Virus genome (UHGV): UHGV-0205097
Source of the DNA: a virus
DNA length: 40,139 bases
Reading direction: 5' to 3' (one strand)
The position numbers and the translations under genes were made by a program. Shown one piece after another: positions 28,444 through 37,360 of this stretch (its first letter is position 1; every line of letters begins with the position of its first letter). The notes beneath the pieces were generated by a model. It was given only the letters and a program-made list of their open reading frames with translations. It ran no database searches and had not been told where the DNA came from.

Positions 28444-28676
28444 TTTTTATTTGCCTCCCTTAACGAAATTTCCCTTTCGAGGTACCATTTGGCTTTTTTC
28501 AAATCCTGCAATGCTTTCGCATCGGCAGATAATCCTTTTGATTTTTTATGTCCACATCTTGCGACATACTTGACCACATTACCGAGGTTAAATCCTAAAT
28601 TCTTCGCCTCGATAAAATCAATTGTTTCTATACCACCTTCGGTATAATGTTCCGGGTGATTTATAATATCAGACAT
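28440..28676 (-). CDS. DUF3310 family protein
   Basis: INHPEHYTEGGIETIDFI..FNLGNVVKYVAR.GHK..DLKKAKWYL. Confidence 0.85.
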   Translation of the reverse strand: MSDIINHPEHYTEGGIETIDFIEAKNLGFNLGNVVKYVARCGHKKSKGLSADAKALQDLKKAKWYLEREISLREANKK

Positions 28677-28971
28677 CGTACTTCTCCTTGTATCGTGCAA
28701 GTAATTTATTTACGTTACGTTCGATTACTTCGTCGAGCGATATATTAAGCTGTGTTGCAAGATTTGCAACATACCACATTACATCCCCGAGCTCTTCTAT
28801 GGTATGTCCCGGATCAATTTCACGTCCGTGAAAATACTTTTTCTTTATATCATCTGCAACTTCACCAGATTCTCCTGTAAGACCAAGTGCGAACCCTATA
28901 ATAGGCTCGCACTTAGTAGGTGCAGGAAGAATACCATGTGATGCAAATTCCTGGTATTCTTTAAGTGTCAT
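28669..28971 (-). CDS. MazG-like nucleotide pyrophosphohydrolase
   Basis: LGLTGESGEVADDIKK..EELGDVMWYVA..NVNKLLARY. Confidence 0.9.
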   Translation of the reverse strand: MTLKEYQEFASHGILPAPTKCEPIIGFALGLTGESGEVADDIKKKYFHGREIDPGHTIEELGDVMWYVANLATQLNISLDEVIERNVNKLLARYKEKYDV

Positions 28972-29636
28972 TAGGCTACACTCTCCTCATATTTTTTAAC
29001 TTTACGAGCAATAATTGCTGTAAACGGAACTATGCAACTTTCATACAAAGTCTTGCAAAGTGCCTGAGCAGGTATTGCAATAAGAATCTGCTGCCAGGTC
29101 ATAAATTCGAACCCGAGGAAAAGCTTAGGAAGTATGTTCATTCCAAGCGGAATAAATATACAGCTATCGCAAAGCTCTCCAACGAGCGAACTTATAATGG
29201 CTCTGTACCAGAATCCTTTACCGTCCGTATGTTTTTCTTTCATCTTGCGGAACACTTTATCGTTCATCAAGTCGCCTATCATATAAGCTGTGAGTGATGC
29301 TGCGAGTGACCACGGTGTAGTACCAAGTACAGCTTTCATACTATCCGATACTGCAGGATCAACACCAGGAATAGCGTTCGCTATGGCAAATATTGTTACC
29401 ATTACTATATTTGCGCCGAATGCTATCCACGCGGTCAATCTTGACCACTTATATCCATAGACTTCGCTGAACACGTCGCTTAGTATATAAGTTATAGGAA
29501 ATACAATTACTGCACAAGGAAGTACTGCAAATCCTATACTAAACACCTTGCAAGCGATAATGTTGCTAATGAGCATTGCTACTGTATTTATAACTACCAG
29601 CAGCATAAATACGGATGATACTTTTTTTGTTTTCAT
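28971..29636 (-). CDS. yhhQ: Queuosine precursor transporter (YhhQ/VUT family)
   Basis: SNIIACK, FPITYILSDVFSEVYGY, ASLTAY, RAIISSLVGELCDS; about six TM segments. Confidence 0.9.
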   Translation of the reverse strand: MKTKKVSSVFMLLVVINTVAMLISNIIACKVFSIGFAVLPCAVIVFPITYILSDVFSEVYGYKWSRLTAWIAFGANIVMVTIFAIANAIPGVDPAVSDSMKAVLGTTPWSLAASLTAYMIGDLMNDKVFRKMKEKHTDGKGFWYRAIISSLVGELCDSCIFIPLGMNILPKLFLGFEFMTWQQILIAIPAQALCKTLYESCIVPFTAIIARKVKKYEESVA

Positions 29637-29676
29637 ATAAATTCTCCTTAGATTTTATTTGAAGGGCATGTGAAGA

Positions 29677-29934
29677 TTAAACGCCCTTGTCTCTTCGTTC
29701 TCTTATAAGCATAAGTGTATCCTCTTTCGCTTTGAATGCGCTACTTGAGGTACCTTTAATAGCCCCTGAGAGAAGTAACTCTTTGTACAAGTCATCCATC
29801 AGCCACTTATCGATGTCGAGCAGCTCTCTGCAAAGCTTTTTACTTACCATACCGCCCGACAATACAATTTCAAGCCGAGGATACTTGTTAAATATTTTTT
29901 CGACTTTTTCACGGTCGAAATAACATTCATTCAT
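29677..29934 (-). CDS. Hypothetical protein (winged-helix-like)
   Basis: GGAGG RBS; coupled to the primase-helicase gene; loosely resembles that protein's C-terminal segment. Confidence 0.65.
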   Translation of the reverse strand: MNECYFDREKVEKIFNKYPRLEIVLSGGMVSKKLCRELLDIDKWLMDDLYKELLLSGAIKGTSSSAFKAKEDTLMLIRERRDKGV

Positions 29935-29935
29935 A

Positions 29936-32608
29936 CTATACCTCCATTTGTCTTGCTATGTCGATTAAAATCTTATCGGATTGATAAGTACCGTTATAGG
30001 CAATTTTCATCAATCCTCTTGTCAATAGTTCTGATATGATTTTCGAAGCTTCAGTACGGTCTACTCCGAGAATTTCTTGTACTTGACCACCTCTAAATCT
30101 CTGCGCGCTCAACAATATTTTCATCGCAGGATACTGTGCAACCAGTGCCTTGACGAAATCAATATTCTTGCCACGCATTTTAGCAGCTTTTCGATTCTCC
30201 TCTATGAAGCTTTTGTAATCCAGCGTAGGTTTATCAAGTGCCGCCTTCAAGAACTCGCACGAATATTCGACGTGTTTCGGAAGGACTTGCAACTTATTAC
30301 CTACTATAGAACCACACAAAACAGCAAATGCGCAAGAAAGTCGTAAAAGTTTTTCGTGAACGGCTACGCCAACTACAAGAGGCCCACCTTCGTATTCTTC
30401 CGATAAATCTCCTATTACTTCCTCAAGTTTTGCAATTGTCTCTTTGCCAATCTCAATATTGCTTCTATCTACTGTCCAGGAAAACGTAAATAAGTTTTTA
30501 TATTTAGTTTCATCGAGAGGTTCATTACGCAAGCCTTTAAGGTTTGTAACGTCATCTCTTGCGGCACTTAATACTAAATCGAATCTCGCCTGGTCTTCAA
30601 CAACAGGTATATATTCGACAAAAGCGCCATAACCTTTCCAATAAAAATCTTCTATATTTTTACCTGAACGTGGATTACTTAACCATATAAGACGTGTACG
30701 AGCTCTTGCTTCGCCTTTTGCTATTTTGTTAATAGTAACAGCACCACTTGAACGAGTAGCCGAAAGTTCTTTGATATCCTCAACTTCCAAACCTGAGGCT
30801 TCATCTATTACCAATAAACCTTTATCGTTCATCGGAATTGCACCCCAAGTTATAATCCAGGAATCACCGTTCTTTTGCACACCACCTATAACGCCTGTTC
30901 TTCTCGCATTTTCACCATTTATATAGCTACCCATCTGCAAGTGTTTAACAAAACGTTGGGCAAGCTGCGATTTACCCGTTCGAGTATCTCCTATTACCAT
31001 TGTATCAAGCCATCCTTTGATGATACCGCCTTTCCAAGGTATTTCTGTAACACTTGCGTAAGTTAACAGAACAGCACCAAACAAATCAGGCCTTCCTTCA
31101 ATACCTACTGCAGTTTCCCATTTTCTGTAGTGCAAGTCTATTAAATCAAACGCGCTATTGCATCTACTTGCGCAAGCCTTAAAGTAATCAATCGTAGCTT
31201 GACTACATTCTCCCGTAGCTGATGCGACAGGTTCAGCGCGCTTGATTACGTAATAGTTTTGCTGCGAACGTGGATCGGTAACTCTACACGCAGTAAAGTT
31301 ATACTTGACCGTAGGTATTAAACGTGTTTCTTCATACAAATATATTCCATAACGCGGTTCGTATGAAGCGTCGTCCAAGCCATCCGTGAAACTTGCGGAT
31401 TCCTGAAACATAAGAATTTGAACATTCACATAAGCCGCCGGCTCACTTCCTACGTACTTGCAACTGAATAACTTGCGCAAGTAAGCATCCTGTGCCGAAT
31501 CCGAACTACCTACAAATTGAAGTATTTGCCTCGGGTCGATATCGATTTCCTCAGCTGTTTTAGCTACACCGATTCTACAAGGCTTTGTACAAGTTGCGTT
31601 CATACATCTTACTTTAAGACGACTCGGAACTGTGTATGTTTTTGGGTCTACACCGATAACGCACATATTTTCCAGAGTCATCCAAGTGTTCAAGTTTTCG
31701 ACGTATTCACTCTTACTTAATGTAGTGGTAGTATCATCTGCTTCTTTTATGATAGTTTCTTTTACAGCTTCTTCTGTATAAGGTTCAAACTCTGTATTGT
31801 GATATTCCATCCAATAATCGGTAAAATCCTTACAGGGAAGCTTAATGACTTTTATCTCTCTTGCGACACTTGACAGCGCTTTTATATAGTTAGCATTAAG
31901 TCTTGCACCGGCAGGGTCATTATCGATCATCAAATAAACTTTTTTGTCGGCAAACAAATTTTCTTCGTGTGCCGGCATATTACTTCCTCCCGTACCTGTA
32001 ACACAGTTCAGACCCTGTGATATAGCTACGAGACAATCTTTTTCACCTTCTACGATATAAACTTCGTCTTTATCAGCGGTCAAGTTTTCATAGGGGTAAA
32101 ATCTGGCTTCGTTACATCCCCGAACTCCTACTACCTTTGCGTTTGTACTTCCTTCAATACGCCTATGAGGAGGCAAATACTTGCGGACGTTTATCAACAT
32201 TCCTGTCTTCGAATATACAGGAATTGTGATCCGCGTATCGTCGTAACCTAATTTGTATTTGGAAATAACTTCATCGGTAATTCCAAACGAATGTAACGCT
32301 TTTATCTCGGCAGGCTTTTCCTGCAATTTTTTAACACACGCGTCAACGTATTCCTCGGTAGGAAACGGGAGTGTTTTATTTTGATTCCATTGCTTAACAG
32401 CATTAGTAGCAACGTCACGACCTACGTCGTAATAACGCTCAATGAATTCAACATAATGTCCTCCCGTTCCACAACCGTGACAATACCACGCACCTGTTTC
32501 CTTGTTAACAGTGAATGACGCATTTGTGTCATTGTGCATAGGACAGCGCGCATACGATTGTTCGCCAGACTCTTTTTCAAATCGTACAAACTGTTCGTAA
32601 AACGCCAT
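29936..32608 (-). CDS. Primase-helicase fusion: CHC2 Zn finger + TOPRIM + MCM-like AAA+ helicase
   Basis: CPMHND..WYCHGCG; IVEGEKD, DNDPAG, KDFTD; GDTRTGKSQL, GLLVIDEAS, ARTRLIWLSNP, ARFDL. Confidence 0.88.
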   Translation of the reverse strand: MAFYEQFVRFEKESGEQSYARCPMHNDTNASFTVNKETGAWYCHGCGTGGHYVEFIERYYDVGRDVATNAVKQWNQNKTLPFPTEEYVDACVKKLQEKPAEIKALHSFGITDEVISKYKLGYDDTRITIPVYSKTGMLINVRKYLPPHRRIEGSTNAKVVGVRGCNEARFYPYENLTADKDEVYIVEGEKDCLVAISQGLNCVTGTGGSNMPAHEENLFADKKVYLMIDNDPAGARLNANYIKALSSVAREIKVIKLPCKDFTDYWMEYHNTEFEPYTEEAVKETIIKEADDTTTTLSKSEYVENLNTWMTLENMCVIGVDPKTYTVPSRLKVRCMNATCTKPCRIGVAKTAEEIDIDPRQILQFVGSSDSAQDAYLRKLFSCKYVGSEPAAYVNVQILMFQESASFTDGLDDASYEPRYGIYLYEETRLIPTVKYNFTACRVTDPRSQQNYYVIKRAEPVASATGECSQATIDYFKACASRCNSAFDLIDLHYRKWETAVGIEGRPDLFGAVLLTYASVTEIPWKGGIIKGWLDTMVIGDTRTGKSQLAQRFVKHLQMGSYINGENARRTGVIGGVQKNGDSWIITWGAIPMNDKGLLVIDEASGLEVEDIKELSATRSSGAVTINKIAKGEARARTRLIWLSNPRSGKNIEDFYWKGYGAFVEYIPVVEDQARFDLVLSAARDDVTNLKGLRNEPLDETKYKNLFTFSWTVDRSNIEIGKETIAKLEEVIGDLSEEYEGGPLVVGVAVHEKLLRLSCAFAVLCGSIVGNKLQVLPKHVEYSCEFLKAALDKPTLDYKSFIEENRKAAKMRGKNIDFVKALVAQYPAMKILLSAQRFRGGQVQEILGVDRTEASKIISELLTRGLMKIAYNGTYQSDKILIDIARQMEV

Positions 32609-32625
32609 AATCCATTACCTACCGA

Positions 32626-32982
32626 TTATGCCGCGAAAATTTTCTTTATTCTGTTTACTTTTGAATCGTTGTAATCCTCAACGGTTATCTTTGCTTTGAA
32701 AGAAAGACCTACGAGTTCTTCTGTGTCAAAATCAACCGCACCACCGCAATCTATGCCTGCTGCAGCAAGGAGGTCTTTAAGTTTGAAAAGGCAGTTCTCC
32801 TGGAGAACATAATTTTCAAAGATTGCTGTCTTTGTTTCTTCTTCGCGGAATCTTGCCAGAAGCATAGGTTTACCTGTGCTGGATATTTTTTCTTCGAGGG
32901 ATTCGAGAGTTACATTGTATGTACCCTCTTCAAGAATAGTATTGCCCTGTACGTTACTAAAATCGAGATTAAGTGTTGCCAT
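32626..32982 (-). CDS. DUF669-like ssDNA-binding protein
   Basis: LDFSNV..EGTYNV..SSTGKPML..FDTEELVG..YN...NRIK. Confidence 0.75.
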   Translation of the reverse strand: MATLNLDFSNVQGNTILEEGTYNVTLESLEEKISSTGKPMLLARFREEETKTAIFENYVLQENCLFKLKDLLAAAGIDCGGAVDFDTEELVGLSFKAKITVEDYNDSKVNRIKKIFAA

Positions 32983-32988
32983 AATGAT

Positions 32989-33312
32989 TTACTCCTTTAT
33001 AAAATTAAAATTTTTATTGCAATCCGAGGGGTCGTCCTCGTCATCGCCAAAATCGGATCCACCCAAGAATTCTTCTGGGTGCATTGTTAATTTGCCGTCC
33101 TCTTCCATATACTTAAAGTAGAGTTCGGTTGCTTCATCTCTCCACGTTTGTATTTGCGGCAAGGATGAAATTGATTCGTGACTTAAGTTATCCAACGAAT
33201 GCTTAAATTCTTCCGGTGTTATGTTGTTATCCACTGCACTACGTGCAAGTGTCTCAGCCATAATATAGTAATCTTTATCGTAAGTGAGATCACGAAACTT
33301 TATACGACACAT
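32989..33312 (-). CDS. Hypothetical protein
   Basis: 107-aa ORF coupled in the operon; acidic C-terminus. Confidence 0.55.
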   Translation of the reverse strand: MCRIKFRDLTYDKDYYIMAETLARSAVDNNITPEEFKHSLDNLSHESISSLPQIQTWRDEATELYFKYMEEDGKLTMHPEEFLGGSDFGDDEDDPSDCNKNFNFIKE

Positions 33313-34073
33313 TATCCAAATATCTCCTTTGCTTTAGGATTCTTATACTCGGCACCTTTACCAAGTCTTGTCTTTGCTGGCCACCCCTGTTTCGGTAAAG
33401 TACTTGCACACCAATCACCAGTAATGTTATTGTATGTGTGTACTACTACTTCGAAATAAGCCGGAAGCTCTTTTACAAGTTTTCCGTGGATTGCCGGGCC
33501 CTTAACAGTACTTCCTGTTATTTCATCCTTGACAATGGATTCCTGCATTGTGAATATAATATTAAGACCTTTCTTACTTACGTTCTTAAACGCCTCTACA
33601 GAAAGTTTGTTCAAGTCCGTCATCATACCCCAATGCTGTATTTGAATGTTCTTGCGGTAAGCAAGCGACTCATTATCACCTCCGCCGAGATTTTGTTCCT
33701 TGCGAAGTTTCTGTAGCATTATCCACTGAACCTCAGTCCAAGTATCAATAACAATCCAGTCAAACTTGCGCTCAATAGTTTTACCTATTGCCTTTGACCA
33801 CTTCGCTGGGTCATTACTATCACAGAGCTTATACAGTTCATCAAGATCACCGAACTTGTCAAAGGATACAATCTCGATGTTTTTCCAATACTGTTCAAGC
33901 TCCTTTGCTTTTTGAATCGTTCTACGTCCTTTATCGGAGTCAACAATAAGAACGTACCCGAGTTCACCTAGCGTAGCTACCAGATGTGTCTTTCCACTAC
34001 CTGATTCACCATATATGAGAGCAAATATACCCTCCATAGGTTCATTTTCGAAATCAATTGCTTCCAATCTCAT
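33312..34073 (-). CDS. Sak4-like (AAA_24) recombination ATPase
   Basis: IYGESGSGKT, IVIDTWT, WG motif, AKTR; next to SSB and nuclease genes. Confidence 0.82.
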   Translation of the reverse strand: MRLEAIDFENEPMEGIFALIYGESGSGKTHLVATLGELGYVLIVDSDKGRRTIQKAKELEQYWKNIEIVSFDKFGDLDELYKLCDSNDPAKWSKAIGKTIERKFDWIVIDTWTEVQWIMLQKLRKEQNLGGGDNESLAYRKNIQIQHWGMMTDLNKLSVEAFKNVSKKGLNIIFTMQESIVKDEITGSTVKGPAIHGKLVKELPAYFEVVVHTYNNITGDWCASTLPKQGWPAKTRLGKGAEYKNPKAKEIFG

Positions 34074-34095
34074 TCCTCCTTTGTATTTTGTTTAG

Positions 34096-34171
34096 TGGGA
34101 ACAGCGAGGATCGAACTCGCGATAACCCCTCCCGTCAGGGGTTAGAAGATTTGCCACTAATCTATGTTCCC
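34096..34171 (-). tRNA. tRNA-like RNA with aberrant anticodon arm (possibly Val-GAC-derived); no encoded CCA
   Basis: Acceptor GGGAACA/UGUUCCC + A73, D arm GAUU-AGUGGCA-AAUC, T arm GCGAG-UUCGAUC-CUCGC; central arm UAACCCCU-GACGGG-AGGGGUUA. Confidence 0.7.
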
Positions 34172-34271
34172 ATAGAGGCGGCCATTGGAGTAACCGCCTC
34201 ACAATGAAAGGAGTGCTTTACTTGCGCCGAGGGCGGACCAGTCCCGCGCAAGTAAAATCTATGTGATAAAT

Positions 34272-34664
34272 TCAGTCGTCCGTTAGGCTGAATGTATCGC
34301 CAACCATGTACATTTCGTCAAGTGGATAAAACTTGACCACGTAGGAATGCTTTGAATCAGGTTCGCGCATGTTAACTTGCACAGCTCTTTTGCCAGGTAA
34401 AATTGTAAATGATTCGCACGCTATGCGATTATCGAGGTGGTAAAGACTTGAAGACTCAACAGGCATAAATACGTCGCTTTCGATACCTATCCAACAATCT
34501 ACTTCCCTATCTACATCAAAATGATATCCTGGACCGCTTATTCTTCCTCCTCCGTTGTAGCCATAACTTGTAAATGGTATACCCATATACCAAGCCGGCC
34601 ACCAGAGTTTACAAAATGACAACGGTATCTTAGTTTTTGGATTCGAATAAGGCACAATAATCAC
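34272..34664 (-). CDS. Hypothetical protein
   Basis: 130-aa ORF with AAGGAG RBS. Confidence 0.55.
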   Translation of the reverse strand: MIIVPYSNPKTKIPLSFCKLWWPAWYMGIPFTSYGYNGGGRISGPGYHFDVDREVDCWIGIESDVFMPVESSSLYHLDNRIACESFTILPGKRAVQVNMREPDSKHSYVVKFYPLDEMYMVGDTFSLTDD

Positions 34665-34764
34665 TCTCCTTATAACTAACTGCTAACCATCTGTCGGCGT
34701 CAGACTTGCGGCAAGGATGAAGACATTTCCCTATTCCACCCCAGAACCTACAATTTTTACACAT
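34630..34764 (-). CDS. Small Cys-rich protein
   Basis: MCKNCRFW...C..PC...DYCALFE; ATG overlaps the end of the nuclease gene. Confidence 0.55.
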   Translation of the reverse strand: MCKNCRFWGGIGKCLHPCRKSDADRWLAVSYKESDYCALFESKN

Positions 34765-35713
34765 CGGCTTCTGGGTTGTGTCGTTGAGCTTTTTCGTCAA
34801 GATGATCGCACTCCCTTTCTTCAAACTCTCCTGAGAACTCTTCAAGAAGCTCCTCTTTGTCAATATCTGCATAACCGTAGTGCATACACAGATCAGCGTA
34901 ATCGCACATCTGACATTTCATAAATCCCGGCGTAGGAATTGTATCATCTTTGTTAGCTATTGCCAAAGCCGTGTTACAAAATCCTGTCATAAAGTTGTGC
35001 AAATCACTTGCGGAATATTCACATACATCGCGCTTGTAATCGAACTTTGTCTGCAGTTTCTTGACCTGATTAAGATAAATGGGACCTGTTTCAAAAATTT
35101 CGAGGTACTTACCTTGACGATGGTAATCTTCAAGTATTTTCTGGAGCGCCCAGGTGTAAACTCTCGGCTGTTCATCAACAAGGTTATAAACTTCCGGTCT
35201 GAAATTCTTTGCCGTCTTATGTTCAAATCCTACCATACGACCTGTTTGAACATCGATACAAATCATATCGATTGAACCACATACACAAATTGCTTCGTGC
35301 GCAATACCTTCTGAATCAACACCTATCCATTTGTCTGTGTCATCCTTTTTGATGCTTACGATATCTGTCGTCGCTTCGCCGATAAAGCCTATAGGATAAT
35401 TGAAACTCTTCTCAATGTCGACAACTATGTAACGGTCTTTGTCAACCTGATAAGGTCCATTGTAATAACCTTTAGCCATATTATCCATTACTTTCCACTG
35501 GACGCTATCCGTGACTTCACGATTTATCCATTCCAAGATTGTGTCAATTGAGGTACCCATGTACATCATCGCAAGGACTTCGTGAAACTGTGTTCCGAAT
35601 ATAAGATTATCATTTGCAACTATAGGTCTCAGATGAAATCTGTTTCGCGAGCTAAACTCGTGTTTCCGCTTACATTCTCTGTAAGTCTTGACCTCAGATA
35701 CGTCAATTCTCAT
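34757..35713 (-). CDS. PD-(D/E)XK exonuclease, Cas4/RecB-like with Fe-S cysteines
   Basis: CKRK, GTQFHE, IEK, GSIDM, EHKT, QPRVY, CQMCDYADLC. Confidence 0.85.
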   Translation of the reverse strand: MRIDVSEVKTYRECKRKHEFSSRNRFHLRPIVANDNLIFGTQFHEVLAMMYMGTSIDTILEWINREVTDSVQWKVMDNMAKGYYNGPYQVDKDRYIVVDIEKSFNYPIGFIGEATTDIVSIKKDDTDKWIGVDSEGIAHEAICVCGSIDMICIDVQTGRMVGFEHKTAKNFRPEVYNLVDEQPRVYTWALQKILEDYHRQGKYLEIFETGPIYLNQVKKLQTKFDYKRDVCEYSASDLHNFMTGFCNTALAIANKDDTIPTPGFMKCQMCDYADLCMHYGYADIDKEELLEEFSGEFEERECDHLDEKAQRHNPEADV

Positions 35714-35996
35714 CTTTCGTTTCCTCCTGAACCCTATTCAGAAATTCGCGCAGACTTGCGACAAACAACCGTTCTCCAGCCGATGACTGGATAGCCGTTC
35801 TACGAAGTCCATCAAGCGCCGCGATAATGGTATCCCCTACATGTGCTGTGCTGCAACGTGCGCCGGTGAGGATTGTTACGGTGTCATCATCTTTGTCACT
35901 ATCCGTTGCCATAAATATAATTGATGTATTCGAATTAAGTATTTCCTCGTTTGTCTCGGTATTTGTTATCTTTACGTTAAAAATCTTATCGCTCAT
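35703..35996 (-). CDS. Hypothetical protein
   Basis: GAAAGGT RBS; coupled to the nuclease gene. Confidence 0.65.
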   Translation of the reverse strand: MSDKIFNVKITNTETNEEILNSNTSIIFMATDSDKDDDTVTILTGARCSTAHVGDTIIAALDGLRRTAIQSSAGERLFVASLREFLNRVQEETKDEN

Positions 35997-36086
35997 TGCT
36001 ATTACTTACCTTTCTGAAAACTTTTATTTTTAGGTTTGGGGAAAACGCACCGGACGTACCAGTGCGCTCCCCGATTAGTGAGGAAA

Positions 36087-36590
36087 TTATTCAGCTACGT
36101 ACTGCTGATTGAATGTCCAGTTGGACAGGCAATTCAGAACTTCGCTGCCATCAACCTTGAGTACAAGGTGTGTTGCCGAGAGGTAAACTACGACAAAATC
36201 TACATCCTCGTGTTTCTTGAGGTGAATGATATCGCCGACGTTTATTTCCTTCTTACGTGCGGGCATCTGTTTACCATCACCAAGGTCAATCATTACTTTT
36301 GTTGAGCCACGCGAGCCACGTCTCTTGTCCGAAGCTGCAAGCTCCTCGTCTCTTGCGACAGCTGCGTCATACACTTCTTCGAGTGTCTGGAACTTGTCGC
36401 CTTCCTTGCCGATTCTCTTCTCGATGAACTTTGTGATTGCGTTCCAGTTATAGACACGCGCATCATAAACTTCACCTGCGATCGGCTGTTTTGCAATACT
36501 GTAAAGTCTCTGCTGAGGTACTTCAAAGATATCAGCAATTGCTTTAAGTGTGGGCTGGGGTCTTCCGTTCATTACTTCTACGAAATTCAT
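36087..36590 (-). CDS. Hypothetical HTH-like + beta-rich domain protein, paralog of 273..716
   Basis: GGAGG RBS, own promoter; TLKAIADIFEVPQQRLYSIAK is HTH-like. Confidence 0.8.
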   Translation of the reverse strand: MNFVEVMNGRPQPTLKAIADIFEVPQQRLYSIAKQPIAGEVYDARVYNWNAITKFIEKRIGKEGDKFQTLEEVYDAAVARDEELAASDKRRGSRGSTKVMIDLGDGKQMPARKKEINVGDIIHLKKHEDVDFVVVYLSATHLVLKVDGSEVLNCLSNWTFNQQYVAE

Positions 36591-36657
36591 TTTGTTTCCT
36601 CCATATTATTTATTATTTTTTTTTTATTAAAATAACTTGTTGTTATCTTACAATTAT

Positions 36658-36686
36658 ATTATATATCAAAACTCAGAAAAAAGCAA
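36658..36686 (-). promoter_or_regulatory. Sigma-70-type promoter for the replication operon
   Basis: TTGCTT, 17-bp spacer, TATAAT on the minus strand. Confidence 0.7.
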
Positions 36687-36757
36687 GATAACTAATACAA
36701 AAACTTTTTGGTTTTTGATTATTCGGATGTCACATCCTCTAAAGGAAGGACATTCTG

Positions 36758-36961
36758 TTAGGATTCATAGTAATCCATAATTCTATTGTATACACACCAC
36801 GACATAGGTGTCAATCCTGCAATTAGTTTATCTGCATAGTAACGATTACTTATACCTATTATTTTATACGGATCGTCGCCTTGCGCTATTCCTTCGTGTA
36901 GAAGCAGAAGTGCTTCGGCCTTATAATTATCCTCGCAATAATCCGACGGACGTTCATCCAT
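36758..36961 (-). CDS. Hypothetical protein
   Basis: AAGGAGGTG RBS before MDERPSDY. Confidence 0.55.
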   Translation of the reverse strand: MDERPSDYCEDNYKAEALLLLHEGIAQGDDPYKIIGISNRYYADKLIAGLTPMSWCVYNRIMDYYES

Positions 36962-36975
36962 TGTTTTCACCTCCT

Positions 36976-37329
36976 TTAACAAAAATCATTAAAATCAAAT
37001 GGCACGTCTTCATATTCATATGACAATTCAACTTTTTTCGCGTCTTCAAAATATCTACCTATGAAATTTGAATATTGTTTTTTGGTTATCAAAGGCTCGT
37101 CATCAGTAAAAATTCTATTTATGATAAACATTACTGTTCTTTTTTGCTTTTCTGTGGGCTTAAATTCTTCGGGAATTTCCCACTCTTTTTTGCATGGATA
37201 ATATTTTATTTTACATTTTTTACACTCCGAGCAATAGTGGTATACGGAATCATAATCAGGTTCATCCGCAAAAGAAGCCATAGTGTGGTAAATATCTTTC
37301 ATTTCCTTTCCACAGTTAGGACATTTCAT
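36976..37329 (-). CDS. Hypothetical Zn-ribbon protein
   Basis: AAGGAGG RBS; MKCPNCGKEM..CKKC. Confidence 0.65.
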   Translation of the reverse strand: MKCPNCGKEMKDIYHTMASFADEPDYDSVYHYCSECKKCKIKYYPCKKEWEIPEEFKPTEKQKRTVMFIINRIFTDDEPLITKKQYSNFIGRYFEDAKKVELSYEYEDVPFDFNDFC

Positions 37330-37360
37330 TTTTCTGATTCCTCCTTTGAACATTCTCTTT

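Noticed and set aside
34757..35713. Cas4-like gene as evidence of a CRISPR system
   Set aside because: No repeat-spacer array or other cas genes seen; it sits in a typical Sak4/SSB recombination module.
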